Source: Eledone cirrhosa (Eukaryota). From it: DNA of 64,000 nucleotides. The DNA lies in assembly GCA_964016885.1 (NCBI GenBank), contig OZ024744.1:81654001-81718000 (forward strand), written 5' to 3'. The notes below the pieces were generated by a model that was not told the origin of the DNA, searched no databases, and saw only the letters and a program-made list of their open reading frames with translations. The position numbers were made by a program, and so were the translations under genes. This document shows positions 40,960 through 56,694 of the stretch, in pieces. The number at the start of each line of letters is the position of its first letter. Positions within the stretch are counted from its first letter, which is position 1.

Positions 40960-43900
40960 ATAACTTTCTTTTTATTTGCCACCAGGACATCAAAGAGTGG
41001 GACAAGTACAATGGGGGGAGTTTACATAAAAAGGTGTCCTCAATAAGGAAGAGGCAATAACAAGATATAAAAATAATATATAAAATATAACAAAAATAAA
41101 TTTAATAACAAAATCCTCAATAGGGATGGGGCGCCTTGGGACGTCGCACACGCCCCCGAAAAGAGTGTGCAACCCTTCTCCTCAGGAGCACAGAGAGGGG
41201 GTGCTCCCTTGATATTTCATCTTCCTAACCTATAGTCTGATGTAGAGTGAAGGCCCATTCACACGGGCCATTCTCGCCACTTTCACCCATCTTTCATAAA
41301 AACGGCTGGGGTGCAGCACCTCTCTCTCCATCCTGATCCTTCTTCCGAAATGATATCGGAAGAAACGGACCAGTTGTTGGCCAGAGAGAAAGGTGTCTGA
41401 CCTCAGTCCTTTCAGACGTGTCCACCATACAACTTCTTTCGCCATGGCTATTACGCACAGAAACACTGCCTGTTCTTCGTTTTTGAAGAGGGGCGGCTTG
41501 ATCGTTACAATAGACTCGGTGGTCAACCGGATCGGTCCCACCCTTGACAGTAGTTGTTCGACATAGCCCCACAGATCGGCAATGCCCGAGCAGTGTACCA
41601 ACGCGTGTGCAACGGTTTCCTCGTCGCACACGCATCTGGGACAGATCTTTTTCCAGGGGTCCCTACCCGGACGCCCGTGTCTGTAGAACCTTTCTCGAAC
41701 GGGCAGAGCCCCTCGGTAGTACTGCCAGGCCAGGGACCTCTGGAAGTTATCCATGGGTCCTGGGCTGAATGTCCTACCGAACAGGTTGGCCAGTTCGTCT
41801 TCCTCCATGCCTAGGGCTTCTCCGAGGGCGTCGTCGCACCTGCTAACCACCAGCCCTCTATAGAATGATGAGGTGGATTCTCCACTGACAGCCGGGTCCG
41901 CCTGTCAGAGAGCCGTAAGCGCCTGGGCACACTCGGCGTGCCAGACGCCCAGTTTTCTCGGTCTTTGCTTGACCCAGGATTGCAGCTCGGTGAGGAATGC
42001 CTGGAGGTGCCGTAGCCTTAATGCGTGTTTACGTATCATTAGCCACGGCATCCCCAGCCCTCCTTTCGAAGGGTGTTGACAGCAGATGGATCTCCTCACC
42101 ATAGGAGCCCGCTTCTTCCAAAGGAATTGGAAGAGTGCGCGTTCCATTTTGGCGAGCGTTTCCCTTGGGCAAAGCACGACCGTCATGCGGTAGTAGATGA
42201 CGGACGCTATATAAGTGTTCGCCACCTCCTCCCGACCTTTCAGGGACAGTTTGCACTTGGCCCACTTCTGGGTCAGTGCAAACACCCTGTTCGTTACCTC
42301 ACCCCAGTTCCTCCCCCACCTGGAGGTCTGGTCCGAACCAGACCCCGAGCAACTTCACCGGGCCCTCCGTCCAGCGTCCGACGACGCCATCGGAGGGCAT
42401 CGATCTACCCCTCCACGTGACGAGTTGCAGACCGATTGACTTGTCTCTGTTCAGCTTAGCCCCTTTAAACCTTTCGTACTCCTCCAGTAAGGTGCCGATC
42501 GCCCCGATTTCCGAGGCCGTCGACACCATTACTGTTACGTCGTCGGCGTAGGCCGACACCGCTTTCCGCTAACCCGGTTCCAATGGGATGACCTGCAACA
42601 ACTCCAACTTCCGCAGCAGTGGCTCTAGAGTAATTACATACAGAAGGGAGGAGAGAGGGCACCTTTGTCGGATGGACCGAGAGGTAGCCGTTCACCTTGA
42701 CCCTAGAGCAGATGCAGCTGCTGTGCATGGCAGTGATCCAGCCCCTGAAAACGGGTCCGAAGCCTGCCGCCGCTAGCATCGCATCCAGGTAACCATGGTC
42801 GACCCTATCGAACGCCTTAGATTGATCCAAGTTGATCAGGGCCCCACCAAAGCCGGGTTCGTTCCCAACCCTCTCTATGATGTATCGCATGAGGTGGAGG
42901 TTGTCGTGGATGGACCTGGACGGGATAGCACATGTCTGCGCATCTCCCACCAGGTTGCCCACGACAAGCGCCAACCTCTTTGCTAGCACCTTGGCCAAAA
43001 TCTGTAACTCTGTATTTAGCAGAGTTATGGGCCTGAAATTATTTATATCGTCCCCCTTGTTCTCGTCCTTCCGCACTAGCCTGACTGCACCCTTGGTCAC
43101 AGCACAGGGAATTCTCCCATTCTGTTGCCAGTTGCAGTAGACCGCCTCGAGGAGATCGGGGAACAAATCCGGCATAGCTAGATATAGTTTGTATGGAAGA
43201 CCATCGAGACCCGGGGATTTGCGTTTGCCGCATTGGCTCAGCACTTCCTCTATCTCAGCGGCTGAAATCGGCTCTTCGCAGGACTTCGCCTCCCTGTCTG
43301 AGAGACGCGGCAGGCCGTCGAGTTATGGACCGAAGTCCACTTCCCCAACCGGTTCCCTGCCCCTTCCGAACAATCTGGCAAAGCGCTTTTGAAAAGCCTC
43401 GCACATCTGCTTAGGTTCAAGGATCACCCGTCCATCCTGGTCTCGCAAAGACCAGATAGTTGATCTAATCCCTCTTTTGACTGCTGTCACGCGGGCCCAG
43501 CTAACAGCTTTGGTCGCCTCGTTTCCCAGAGCACGCATTTTGCTTCGGACGATGCAGCATTCGTGTTTCGCGTCGAAGAACTGGCCCAGGGCCGTTCTCG
43601 ACGCTAGCACTCTGGCCACGTCGCCGCTTCTAATTGCCTCTTCTACACTATCTACCAACTCCCTTTCCTTCCTATTTCTATTTGAGGCTAACTCCTTACT
43701 AAATTCTATAGAGACTACTCTAATCTCTCTTTTGAGAGATCCCCACCACCTGCTGTTGACGATGGCGCCGTCAACCGCTCCTTAACTAAAGTGTTAATCC
43801 GGTCCCTGTAAGCCTTACTTGCCGGTAAGGACAAGTTGAGCTTCCAGTAACCGGGTCCCAGTCTATGCGTTCTGTCAAGGTTGACCATGCAGGTCACTAA

Positions 43901-45130
43901 CTTGTGGTCTGAATAGCCAACCATGAGAATTTTTGGACGACTTACAAAGTCCTTATCCTTATTTCTAACTAAGAACCTATCTAGGTACGACCTAGATGAT
44001 CCGCTGCGGTTTGCCCAAGTCCAGGTTGGCGCAGTCGGAAAATCTAGTCGATATCTATCGGCCAGGTCAAATCGACCGATTAACCCTTTGAGGCTATTAC
44101 ACCCCTCTCTATCGGGACAGGCCCCTACGTAGTCCCAACGTGCATCTAGGATACCATTCCAGTCTGCCACTAATAGCAAGGAACGGGACAGAAAAGTCTC
44201 CAGACGATAGAAGAAGTTCGGTCGCGTTGACCCGAAAGGTCCAGAACCACTAGTCGACCCTCCGGGTCCAAATGTACCATCTGTGTTGCGAGACCCAGAT
44301 GTTTTTGCAGCAGAACGACAACCCCACCCCACCTCCGGGCTGACAGAGAGATGCGGGGCCAGCTGTCGCACGTTGCTGATCCGGGCCTCGCAAATAACCA
44401 TCACATCTATACGTTGTGACCTGAGGTCATTTAGAAGCATTGCTTGCTTCCAAGTTGAGCCCAGGCCACGCGCATTTAAACAGCCTAATCTTAGCATGGC
44501 TATGTTGGTGGTGAAGAGAAAAGGCACTTACCTATCTGCGTCCCAGGTATCGGGCTGCACAATTTCCATTAGGGTGGGGGATGGGTTGTTGGGTAGGGTG
44601 GTGGTTTGTGGAGGTGTAGGGGCATCAGTGTGTTGTGTGGTTGGGGAGTTTGGAGTTGTGTGAGTGTTTGGGGAGGGGGTGGGGTAGTTTTTTAGGAGGA
44701 CGCGGTTAATGGGCCCGACGCAGGGGGGACCCACGTCCTTTTTAAAGTTGTTTTTTAAAGTTTTATAGGTGTCCTGTGGGGCCTTAATCATTTTGAGGTG
44801 GGGGAAATCCCCTGCCTGGGTGAAGTTAGGCCCTTGGGTTTTTATTAGATTGTTGTTGTACACAATGTTTAACAGTTTTTTGTTTCTTGTGTTTATGTAT
44901 GTGTATGCATGTTTTTGTTTTTGTGTAGTGTTTTTTGTTTGCTGTTGTTGTGAGCTCTTTTGTGTTGGTTTCAGTGTTATGTTTTGGGGAGGGGTTGTTT
45001 TCATTTGTGTGTCTGAGGTGTGTTTTCTTTTTTTTCTTTTGATTGTGTGGAAGTGCTCCTCCTCGTCTGACGACGAACTAGGGTCATCTTCCGCGTTGGA
45101 GGGAGGGGTATATTTTCGGGTTATGTTTCC
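40960..45130 (-). mobile_element. Tx1/L1-clade LINE C, 5'-truncated within ORF1, directly upstream of LINE B
   Basis: ORF2 ~44496-41230 (LNARGL, LDQSKAFDRV, AYADDV, CPRC); ORF1 C-terminal part 44528-45130; 3' ctggtggcaAATAAA. Confidence 0.92.
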
Positions 45131-45400
45131 GGGCTGACAAAGAGATGCGTGCATCTCAAAGTCATCAAAGGTAGGGGCCAGCTGTCGCACGTTGCTGATA
45201 CGGGCCTCGCAAATAACCATTACATCTATACGCTGTGACCTGAGGTCATTTAGAAGCATTGCTTGCTTCCAAGTTGAGCCCAGGCCACGCGCATTTAGAC
45301 AGCCTACTCTTAGCATAGCCATGTTGGTGGTGAAGAGAAAAGGCACTTACCTCTCTGCGTCTCGGGTATCGGGCTCTTCGTCTCCTGGGGACCAGGCTGC
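45131..45400 (-). mobile_element. Extra Tx1 ORF1-end/ORF2-start fragment fused to the 5' end of LINE C
   Basis: Near-duplicate of 44335-44560 that retains a segment (TFDDFEMHAS) deleted in LINE C. Confidence 0.85.
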
Positions 45401-45417
45401 ACAAGAGATAGATAGAT

Positions 45418-45523
<106 letters not shown>

Positions 45524-45524
45524 C

Positions 45525-45719
45525 CAGACCTGCCAACCTCTAAAAACCCAAACGAGGAGTACCATGAAAAAAAGTGCCCCAAAATGGGGAGAAATGAGGC
45601 AAAATGGGGAGATTTTACATAATGAAAGCTATACCCATTTTCACAAGAGAAGACATCTCTCACCCACCCCAAAGTGGGTAGGAGATCTCCCAGTCGGACG
45701 GAGAGAGTTGACAGGTCTG
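45525..45719. mobile_element. ~190-bp MITE (copy 2) with apparent 6-bp TSD GAGGTC
   Basis: gaggtc|CAGACCTGCCAAC...GTTGACAGGTCTG|gaggtc. Confidence 0.7.
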
Positions 45720-46379
45720 GAGGTCTCTCTAGTAGCACATTCTCTTCAGAGGGTAGCTTCTCTCACAACAGCAGGATTCCGTTTCTTACTGCACTTTTGG
45801 CGTGTAGATGATACATTAAGTGTGATAAGGTAACAACCATTATTTTCCTGGTCAGTACAGAGTGTGGAATTTGAACTCAGAACATAAAAATACCGAAACA
45901 GAGAATATAAAGCAATTCCGCAGATGAGACTCGCGGACTAGAGGACGAAAGCATTGCTGAAGAGAACAGCTAATGATACTTACTACATCAGATATCCCAC
46001 TTCAATAACGACGACAATAGTGATACGAAAAATATTGCTACCAACGCACGGTACCTCTCCCAATGACCCAGTCAAACAGTATACATTGAAAATATATATG
46101 TAAAAAGTAAACAGAAATAACAAAGCAAATAACACAGAACATTGAAGAAATATATTAGTTTAATGCTTGAAATGATTGGAAAAGATTCTTAGAATTTCGG
46201 GCACTAATTAGAAATAAAAGATGAAATAGAAAGATAGAGGGGGAGAAGAGGAAAGAATGGGGAAAAAAAAAAATTGAGAAAAAACACACATGCGTATTCA
46301 GTGAGATATTTTGAAAATAATTGAATATTTGAAAATAGTGTGGTGTGGCTGAATTGACACATATTTCATATACAGGTAA

Positions 46380-46515
46380 CATTTTGTTATAGCGAAATTT
46401 TTTCAATCTCCGGCCAAACGCTCGATGTGTTTGGTCGATTTCATTATAAAGAATTTTTCATTACAACGAATTTCTTTTATACTCTGTGAATTTCGTTATA
46501 ACGGAATTTCACAGT
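46380..46515. mobile_element. Tigger-like MITE remnant
   Basis: Repeated ttcgttataac motifs ending in ggaatttcacagTA. Confidence 0.45.
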
Positions 46516-46705
46516 AATAACATGTTGATTCTAAAGATAGTGTCAAAGTCTAAGCTTTGGGGTCCAAAGTCTCTAAAGTGGTCGATGTTGATCCCAGAGG
46601 ACGGTGGGATTATCAAGGGGATTCGATTGAACTTTTGAACTTATGAATACATAAAATAATACAATAAAATACAAATTGCTTATACAAATTTCTGATTTAC
46701 ATGTA

Positions 46706-46856
46706 TCGTATTTCCCGACACCGAAGGCGCACCCTAATTTTGACAACCAAAAATTTGAAAAAAAAATAATAAACAACCTTCGGCCTCCAGGACGCATGGT
46801 AAATTTTTGAGACTTATTTTAGGAAATAAGTAGCGTCTTCGACGCTGGAAATAAGG
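46706..46856. mobile_element. Tc2/pogo-type MITE, inverted copy of 7485-7652
   Basis: Reverse-complement match; TA flanks. Confidence 0.8.
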
Positions 46857-46992
46857 TAATTAATCTTTTTGTATCTTTGTATTTTATATGCTGTTTACTG
46901 ATTTATATATTTATTTAATTATCTAAATATTTTGTACATGTCTTGGGTCGATGAAGGGTTAAGGGTTCTATGAAAGGATCGATGGTCTAAAA

Positions 46993-47709
46993 CACAGGTT
47001 CTCAACCCATTTAGGCCAAACGCCCCCTTTTGTCCCTCGAAATCACGAAACGCCCCCCCCCCCTCCTATTTTTCCATTTTTCAATATACTACTGATTTTT
47101 ATATCAGTAGATTACTAAAAAATTGATTAACAATATTCCAAACATGTGTGTATTATCTGATTATGTGTTGTATGTGGTCCTAGATGTGTGTTTTACTCGC
47201 TTCTGTTTTTTTCTTTTCTTTTTTTTTTATTTGTAATATTATTTATACAATAGGGAATAAAATAGATCTACATAGTGTTAACTCGTTACGGTTGAGTCAA
47301 TAATTTCAGACATGAAATACATTGTTATCGGTGAAGGAAAGATAAGATTCTAACTGGCTGCGCTCAAAGTGTCTTTGACCAAGCTGACTGTGGGTTTTTC
47401 CATTTTTAGGATCTCAATTACCGGATAACGTCTCAGTTACCGGACATGCCTGCACACCTGCTCACAGCTGCGGTCAGACTATAGTTATGCTGTCTGCAAG
47501 CTCATTCAAATGCATTCACACTGGCTGTCTCAAAGACATACAAATATGGCTTATAAAACTTACCAAAATAAAGAGCCATCCAGCGCCCCCTACCCTCCAT
47601 CCCCCAGCTCCAAACGCCTCCCTAACGCGAGCTTGCTCCCAAACGCCCCCCTGGAGTTCCGAAATGCCTCCCCCCGGAGGGTGCTTATGCCCCCCGTTGA
47701 GATCCTTTG
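46993..47709. mobile_element. hAT (Charlie-like) non-autonomous element with 8-bp TSD
   Basis: CACAGGTTCTCAAC...GTTGAGATCCTTTG; GTCTAAAA at 46985-46992 and 47710-47717; subterminal aacgcccc repeats. Confidence 0.8.
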
Positions 47710-47893
47710 GTCTAAAACGTTTGGGGGATCCCAATGTTTCCTGATTATTTTCGCCATAGTAAAGTAAACGGTACATTGTTTTATTGAATACCGGGAGTAG
47801 GAGGGTTAAGGTGGCTACGGAGGGATGTCAACGGAACAAAAAAACAAAACAAAAACGAAAAAAGGAGACTTATTTAATTACGGCAATCGATCG

Positions 47894-50220
47894 ACAATAC
47901 AGTACAGTACAATACAGTACAATACAGTACAGTACAGTACAATACAATACAATACAATACAATACAGTACAATACAGTACAGTACAATACAATACAATAC
48001 AGTACAATACAGTACAATACAGTACAGTACAATGCAGTACAATATAGTACAATACAGTACAATACAGTACAATACAGCACAATACAGTACAGTATAGTCC
48101 AGTCCAGTACAATACAATATAGTACAGTACAATACAATATAGTACAATACAGTACAATACAGTAAAATAGATTACAGTACAATACAGTAAAATGCAGTAC
48201 AGTACAAAACAGTACCGTACAGTACAGTTCAATACAGTACAATACAATACCGTACAGTACAATACACTACAATACGGTAGAATATAGTACAGTACAATAC
48301 AGTACAGTACAATACAGTACAATACAATACCGTAAAGTACAGTTCAGTACAGTACAATACAATACAATACAATACAGTACAATACAGTACAGTACAGTAT
48401 AATACAGTACAATACAGTACAATACAGTACAGTACAATACAGTACAATACAGTACAATACAGTACAGTACAATGCATAACAGTACAGTACAGTACAATAC
48501 GGTACAATACAGTACGGTACAGTACAGTACAATACGGTACAATACAGTACGGTACAATACAGTACAGTACACTACAGTACAATACAGTACAGTACAATAC
48601 AGTACAGTACAATACAGTACAATACAGTACAGTACAATGCAGAACAGTACAGTACAATACAGTACAATACGATACAATACAGTACGGTACAATACAGTAC
48701 AATACAATACAATACAATACAGTACAGTACAGCACAGCACAATACAGTACAGTACAATACATTACAGTACAATACAGTACAATACAGTACAATACAGTAC
48801 AGTACACTACAGTACAATAAAGTACAGTACAATACATTACAGTACAATACATTACAATACAGTACAGTACAGTACAATACAGTACAGTACAATACAGTAC
48901 AATACAGTAAAATACAGTACAGTACAGTACAGTACAATACAGTACAATACAATACAATACAGTACAATACAATACAGTACAGTACAATACAATATATTAT
49001 AGTACAGTACAATACAATACAGTACAGTACAATACAATACAATACAGTACAGTACAATACAATACAATACAGTACAGTACAATACAATACAGTAAAATAC
49101 AGTACAGTACAATACAGTACGATACAGTATAGTACAATACAATACAGTACAATACAGTACAGTACAATACAGTACAGTACAGTACAGTACAATACAGTAC
49201 AGTACAGTATAATACAGTACAGTACAGTACAATACAGTACAATACAGTACAGTACAACACAGTACAATACAGTACAGTACAGTACAGTACAATACAATAC
49301 AATACAATACAGTACAATACAGTACAGTACAGTACAATACAGTACAATACAATACAGTACAGTACAATACAATACAATACAGTACAGTACAATACAGTAC
49401 AGTACAATACAGTACAGTACAATACAGTACAATACAATACAGTACAATACAGTACAGTACAATACAGTACAATACAGTACAATACAGTACAATACAGTAC
49501 AATGCAGTACAATACAATACAGTACAGTACAATACAATACAGTACAATACAGTACAGTACAATACAATACAGTACAGTACAATACAATACAGTACAATAC
49601 AGTACAGTACAATAAAATACAGTACAGTACAGTACAATACAGTACAATACAGTACAGTACAATACAATACAGTACAGTACAGTACAATAAAATACAGTAC
49701 AGTACAATACAGTACAATACAGTACAATACAGTACAGTACAATACAATACAGTACAGTACAATACAATACAGTACAGTACAGTACAGTACAGTACAGTAC
49801 AATACAGTACAGTACAGTACAATACAGTATAGTACACTACAGTACAATACAGTACAGTACAATACAATACAGTACAGTACAGTACAGTACAGTACAGTAC
49901 AGTACAGTACAGTACAGTACAGTACAGTACAGTACAGTGCAATACAGTACAGTACAGTACACTACAATAAAATACAGTACAGTACAGTACAGTTCAATAC
50001 AGTACAATACAGTACAGTACAATACAATACAGTACAGTACAATACAATACAATACAGTACAGTACAGTACAGTACAATACAGTACAGTACACTACAGTAT
50101 AATACAGTACAATACAGTACAGTACAATACAATACAGTACAATCCAGTACAGTACAGTACAGTACAATACAGTACAGTACAGTAAGTACAGTGCAATACA
50201 GTACAATACAGTACAGTACA
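47894..50220 (-). repeat. (CAGTA/CAATA)n pentamer satellite, same family as 22556-25852 in opposite orientation
   Basis: Direct reading. Confidence 0.97.
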
Positions 50221-50224
50221 AACT

Positions 50225-50270
50225 ACGAGGATCAGTTGAAAAGTTCATAGGCTGACCAAGATATTCTCTT
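50225..50270. mobile_element. Left TIR of the mariner-derived MITE abutting the satellite
   Basis: TAcgaggatcagttgaaaagttcataggctgacc is near-complementary to 51181-51213. Confidence 0.65.
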
Positions 50271-50437
50271 TCTTATTTTTATTTTATTTAAAAAAAATAT
50301 ATTTCTCTTTATTTTTGATTACTTGTCTCACTAGCTCTTTTTGATTACCAACTATAAGGAGTACTCAATACTTTCCCGCGTATGTCACGGCTTAATAGCT
50401 CTATATGGACGTTTAAATTGAATAAATAAATAAATAA

Positions 50438-50471
<34 letters not shown>

Positions 50472-50552
50472 ATTTAGTTATGGATAACTAATAAGCTCTG
50501 TAGCCTACATAGAGCACTCTTTTTTCCTGTACCTTTCCGACGGAAATACTTC

Positions 50553-50657
<105 letters not shown>

Positions 50658-51022
50658 AATGGAAGTTCAGCATAATCGAAGCTCTGGCTGCAGCTATGCT
50701 AACGAATGCAATCGGAATGTGCAGCTAAGCACTCAATAAGGTATTTTACCTTAGAGTAATAACATTACGTTTAGACAGCTTGGCAAATTTAAGATTGCGA
50801 CCGGTAAGACAGCCGCAAGGACCAAAGCAACGAGAAAACCAACTCAGGATAATTTGACAAACCTCGCGTCGATATTAAGCAATATCTCCGGTAGGTTATT
50901 GCGAATACGAAATCAACAAAATCCACTTGCGGGGTATGCAAGTTATTGGTTTTGGAAGATCGAACAGAGGTTTCACTTTCTTAACAGGTATCCGGTTTTT
51001 GGCGGTCAAAATTCAAATAATA

Positions 51023-51213
51023 TATGAGGGTTGGATGACCAAGATACCCCCATGGAATAATGAAATGAGGTTTATCTTTTCAGCATAATCCATTCATGGA
51101 ATGAGACAATGCAGTTATTAATAAGAATAGTTGAAACTAATGCATGCAAGATTTCACAGCTCTAGCATCACTCCTTCCTTGTCAGCCTATGAACCTTTCA
51201 AATGACCCTCGTA
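51023..51213. mobile_element. Mariner-derived MITE
   Basis: Homologous to 25852-26030; right TIR gtcagcctatgaacctttcaaatgaccctcgTA. Confidence 0.7.
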
Positions 51214-51611
51214 TTTACGCTTTTCTGCGAACATCGATCAGTTTGGCATAATTGAGCAAACAAACTAACTGCATATTAAATCGAAAGTTGTTCCAAACGT
51301 TTAAGGGTTATTCGTAACCAGTGGTTGCACTTTAGAGAGTGTTTATTCCAGAAACATCGATTTTAGTTCATCTTATACTATTTTTTGTTCTCTAGTTGGT
51401 AGTAAATTTAATGCGTTAGAGTAAGGGAAAACCAGAATTTAAGACCATCGACCTCTTTATGGAATTTTTGACCGCCTCCTTATCGACCCTGGGTATGTAC
51501 AAAAATAAATAAGTATAAAATAGATCATTAAACAGAATACAAAAATATATAGACAATAAAGATTAATTCTATATGTATCAGAAACCTTTATAAGAAAGTA
51601 TATAATAGTTA

Positions 51612-52275
51612 TAATTGTTTCTACTTTTGGCACAATGTCAACAATTACCCCAGTGCATTACTGCTACTTTATTTCATTGACCCCGTAAGGTTGAAAGGAA
51701 AAGTAAACCTTGGGCTTTCACCCTTTCATATACTAGTAATAATAATGATTTCTACTATAGGCACACGGGCAGCAATTTTGGGGAGGGGAAAGTCGATTAA
51801 ATCGATCCTAATGCATTACTGGTACTTTATTTTATCAATTTCGTAGGGATGAAAGGCAAAGCTACCCTCGGCGGGATTTGAACTCAGACCACAAAGGGCC
51901 GTAACTCGATGCTGAAAAGCATGGTGTTCGACGCTCTACCAACCATAATAATAATAATTGTTTCTACTTTTGGCACAAGGCCAGCAAGTACCCAGTACAT
52001 TACTGGTACTTTATTTTATCGACCCCGTAAGGATGAAAGGCAAAGTTAACCTCGGCGGGATTTGAACTCAGACTGTAAAGGGACGTAACTTTGTTAGAAC
52101 GCACGGCGTCCAACCCTCTACCGAAGGCCAGCAATTATCCAGTGCATTACTGGTACTTTATTTTATCGACCCCGTAAGGATGAAAGGCAAAGTCATATAC
52201 TGCCAATATAATAATAATAATGATAATGGTTTCTGATTTGACACAAGGCCAGCAATTTTGGGTGAGGGGAAAGTC
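51612..52275 (-). mobile_element. Cluster of about 4-5 SINE family 1 copies/fragments
   Basis: Repeated ggtactttattttatcgaccccgtaaggatgaaaggcaaag and gatttgaactcag. Confidence 0.85.
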
Positions 52276-52284
52276 TACATAAAC

Positions 52285-52515
52285 TCACAAGTCAGCAATG
52301 CTCTGAAACTGGACGAGTGCGGCGTGCAGGACGGTTTCATCACCCTGCGCAAATCTCGGATAGGCCCAGCTGTCAGCACTTCCATGCCTATAGAGTTTAT
52401 CTCGAATTGGCAATGACCCCCGGTAACTCTGTCAGGCTAGGGATTTCTGGAAGTTATTCATGGCCTCTGGATTGAAAGTTCTCCGGAAAAGATTGGCTAG
52501 TTGATTATCGTCGAG

Positions 52516-52518
<3 letters not shown>
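52285..52518 (-). mobile_element. Tx1 ORF2 C-terminal fragment
   Basis: LDDNQLANLFRRTFNPEAMNNFQKSLA matches the corresponding region of LINEs A-C. Confidence 0.75.
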
Positions 52519-52595
<77 letters not shown>

Positions 52596-52619
52596 TGTAT
52601 GTAAAAGGTAAACAGAAAT

Positions 52620-54535
<1,916 letters not shown>

Positions 54536-54936
54536 AGGAGAAGTGACTCAAGGAATTAAATATTGATTCTGTTAAGTTTTGTGTCTTCAGAGAAGGTAGA
54601 AATGGTTAAGAGAGCAATGTCCGCCAAAGGACATCCTTATATCACAAGTTTATAAAACAATGAACCGCTTTTGAAAACTGTTTAAAATAAATATTGTTTT
54701 AAATGACAACAACCACATTATGACTACATAAGAAGAAAAATGAAAGAGAAAAAACAAATAATGAAATATAGAAGAATAGAAAGAAATAGGTAAAAGATTA
54801 GAATGAAAAGAAATCTGTTTTTTTTTATCTAATGAGCTAAAAAAGAAATAATTAAATATGATTTTAGAAATTAAATAAGAATATAATGAAAAAAGTATCA
54901 CTTGTTTGGAAATTTTATGTTCATAATATTTAATGA

Positions 54937-55045
54937 AGGTGCGTGGCTGAGTGGTTAGAGAATTGGATTCACAATCGTGAGGTTGTGAGTTCGATTCCCG
55001 TACCGGGTGATGCGTTATGTCCTTGAGCAAGATACTTTATTTCCC
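54937..55045 (+). mobile_element. tRNA-derived SINE family 2 head
   Basis: A box TGGCTGAGTGG, B box GAGTTCGATTCC, followed by gtccttgagcaagatacttta. Confidence 0.75.
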
Positions 55046-56007
55046 GTTATTCCTTCTACCTGCAGTTGCGACCGATAGATAGTACTAGCAATTGGAAAGA
55101 TCAACGGAAACATTGTTTCCTCGGTCCGATTTGACGAGCTCCACTCCAATCGTTAAGCGAATGATGCCTGAGATCTTGTCGATCAGCTATCGATATTTGT
55201 AAACAATACGTGGAATAGTGTAGGTAAGACGTATTAAATCTTACAGGAAGACGGTAAAAGATAATACAAAACGAATTAATAGTTAACAAAATTATTATAA
55301 TGTATTAATATTTAATCTATAACTGAAACAATTAAATCTTAATTGTGTTTAAAAATTTTTTTTTTCAAGTATTAAGTTTAGATAATTATTATTAATTTAA
55401 AATCATTATTTAAACCGAAATGGATATACAATATTTACAATATAATATCGAACAGAGCTATTTGTAAATTATTAGATTATACAGAATTTGATTATGTTTG
55501 ATAATTTAGAGAATAATATACAATTAATTACGAATTACAGGGAAATCAGTTTCACTTTAATAGACTTTGGTTAGCAAAATATTATTTCATATTAAGAATA
55601 TATATAGGAAAAAAAGGAAAATTACAGGGAAGAGAAAATAGGAGAAAATAATAGAGAAAAAAGAAAATAGTTGAGTAAATTAAGCGTGTGAAAATCATAA
55701 TAAACTGTTTATTTTGTAAAATTACTAGCGGGAAATAAATGCATATATTCACAATATACGTATTCATAAGCTATACGCTCTGTGTTTTATATATCTAAAC
55801 ATTTTAATGACAATGTGTGAGAAAACGAAAGAAAGACAGAAGGTAAAGTATTAGAAGTTATAATTTCATAATCTATATAGAAATTCTATATAATAAACTA
55901 TAACATAAAATATTCTTGTTAAAATTTTTTAAATTTAATTGAGAAGTAGAGTTAAATAACACATAAAAAAATATATGGAGTAGAAATTATTAGAATTTAC
56001 AAGAGTA

Positions 56008-56220
56008 TCTTCATCTTCGGCTTCGCTCACTTATTCCTGAAAGGGTTGTGAGGGCAGAGTCTTCAAACACTCCTTCCAGTGGGTCCTGTCAGAAGCAGTC
56101 GCCTCCAACTGATTCGGCTGGATCCCCAAATGCGACCAACCAAGCTCATAATGTTATCCAACAATCTTTCTCGGAGTCTACCACTGGGTCTCCTGCCGGT
56201 TGGTTTTGCCCGTAAAATCT
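56008..56220 (-). mobile_element. RTE-like LINE 3' tip (same family as 1805-2030)
   Basis: Reverse-complement similarity (agagtcttcaaacactccttccagtggg). Confidence 0.75.
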
Positions 56221-56276
56221 GTATCATTGTCAATAATAATGAGGCAATTTATAGCTAACATTATAGCTAACATTAG

Positions 56277-56640
56277 AGTCGGACGCCATGCTTTCCAGCA
56301 TAGTTACGTCCCTTTACGGTCTGTGTTCAAATCCCGCCGAGGTTAACTTTGCCTTTCATCCTTACGGGGTCGATAAAATAAAGTACCAGTAATGTACTGG
56401 GTAATTGCTGGCCTTGTGCCAAAAGTAGAAACAATTATTATTTCATAGGGCGGTGGATTGGCAGTATCGGTAGAGAGTCGGACGCCATGCTTTCCAGCAT
56501 AGTTACGTCCCTTTACGATCTGAGTTCAAATCCCGCCGAGGTTGACTTTGCCTTTCATCCTTACGGGGTCGATAAAATAAAGTACCAGTAATGCACTGGT
56601 TAATTGCTGGCCTTGTGCCTAAAGTAGAAACAATTATTAT
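56277..56640 (+). mobile_element. Two tandem SINE family 1 copies
   Basis: ggcggtggattggcagtatcggtagag...gagttcaaatcccgccgagg...gtagaaacaattattat. Confidence 0.9.
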
Positions 56641-56694
56641 TGCATAGTTTATTTTATATTTTTTATATCTTCATTGTTAAATTAGTCTTCCCAT

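Noticed and set aside
45918-45962. CAGATGA...GAAAgcattgcTG hammerhead-like string
   Set aside because: U4A, a G at the cleavage position and no stem I.
54937-55010. Possible tRNA gene
   Set aside because: A and B boxes are present, but there is no convincing acceptor stem and it continues into SINE body sequence.
55066-55223. Candidate exon (ctacctgcag acceptor, AG|gtaaga donor)
   Set aside because: Stops in all three frames, and the acceptor adjoins a SINE; a non-coding exon cannot be excluded without RNA data.
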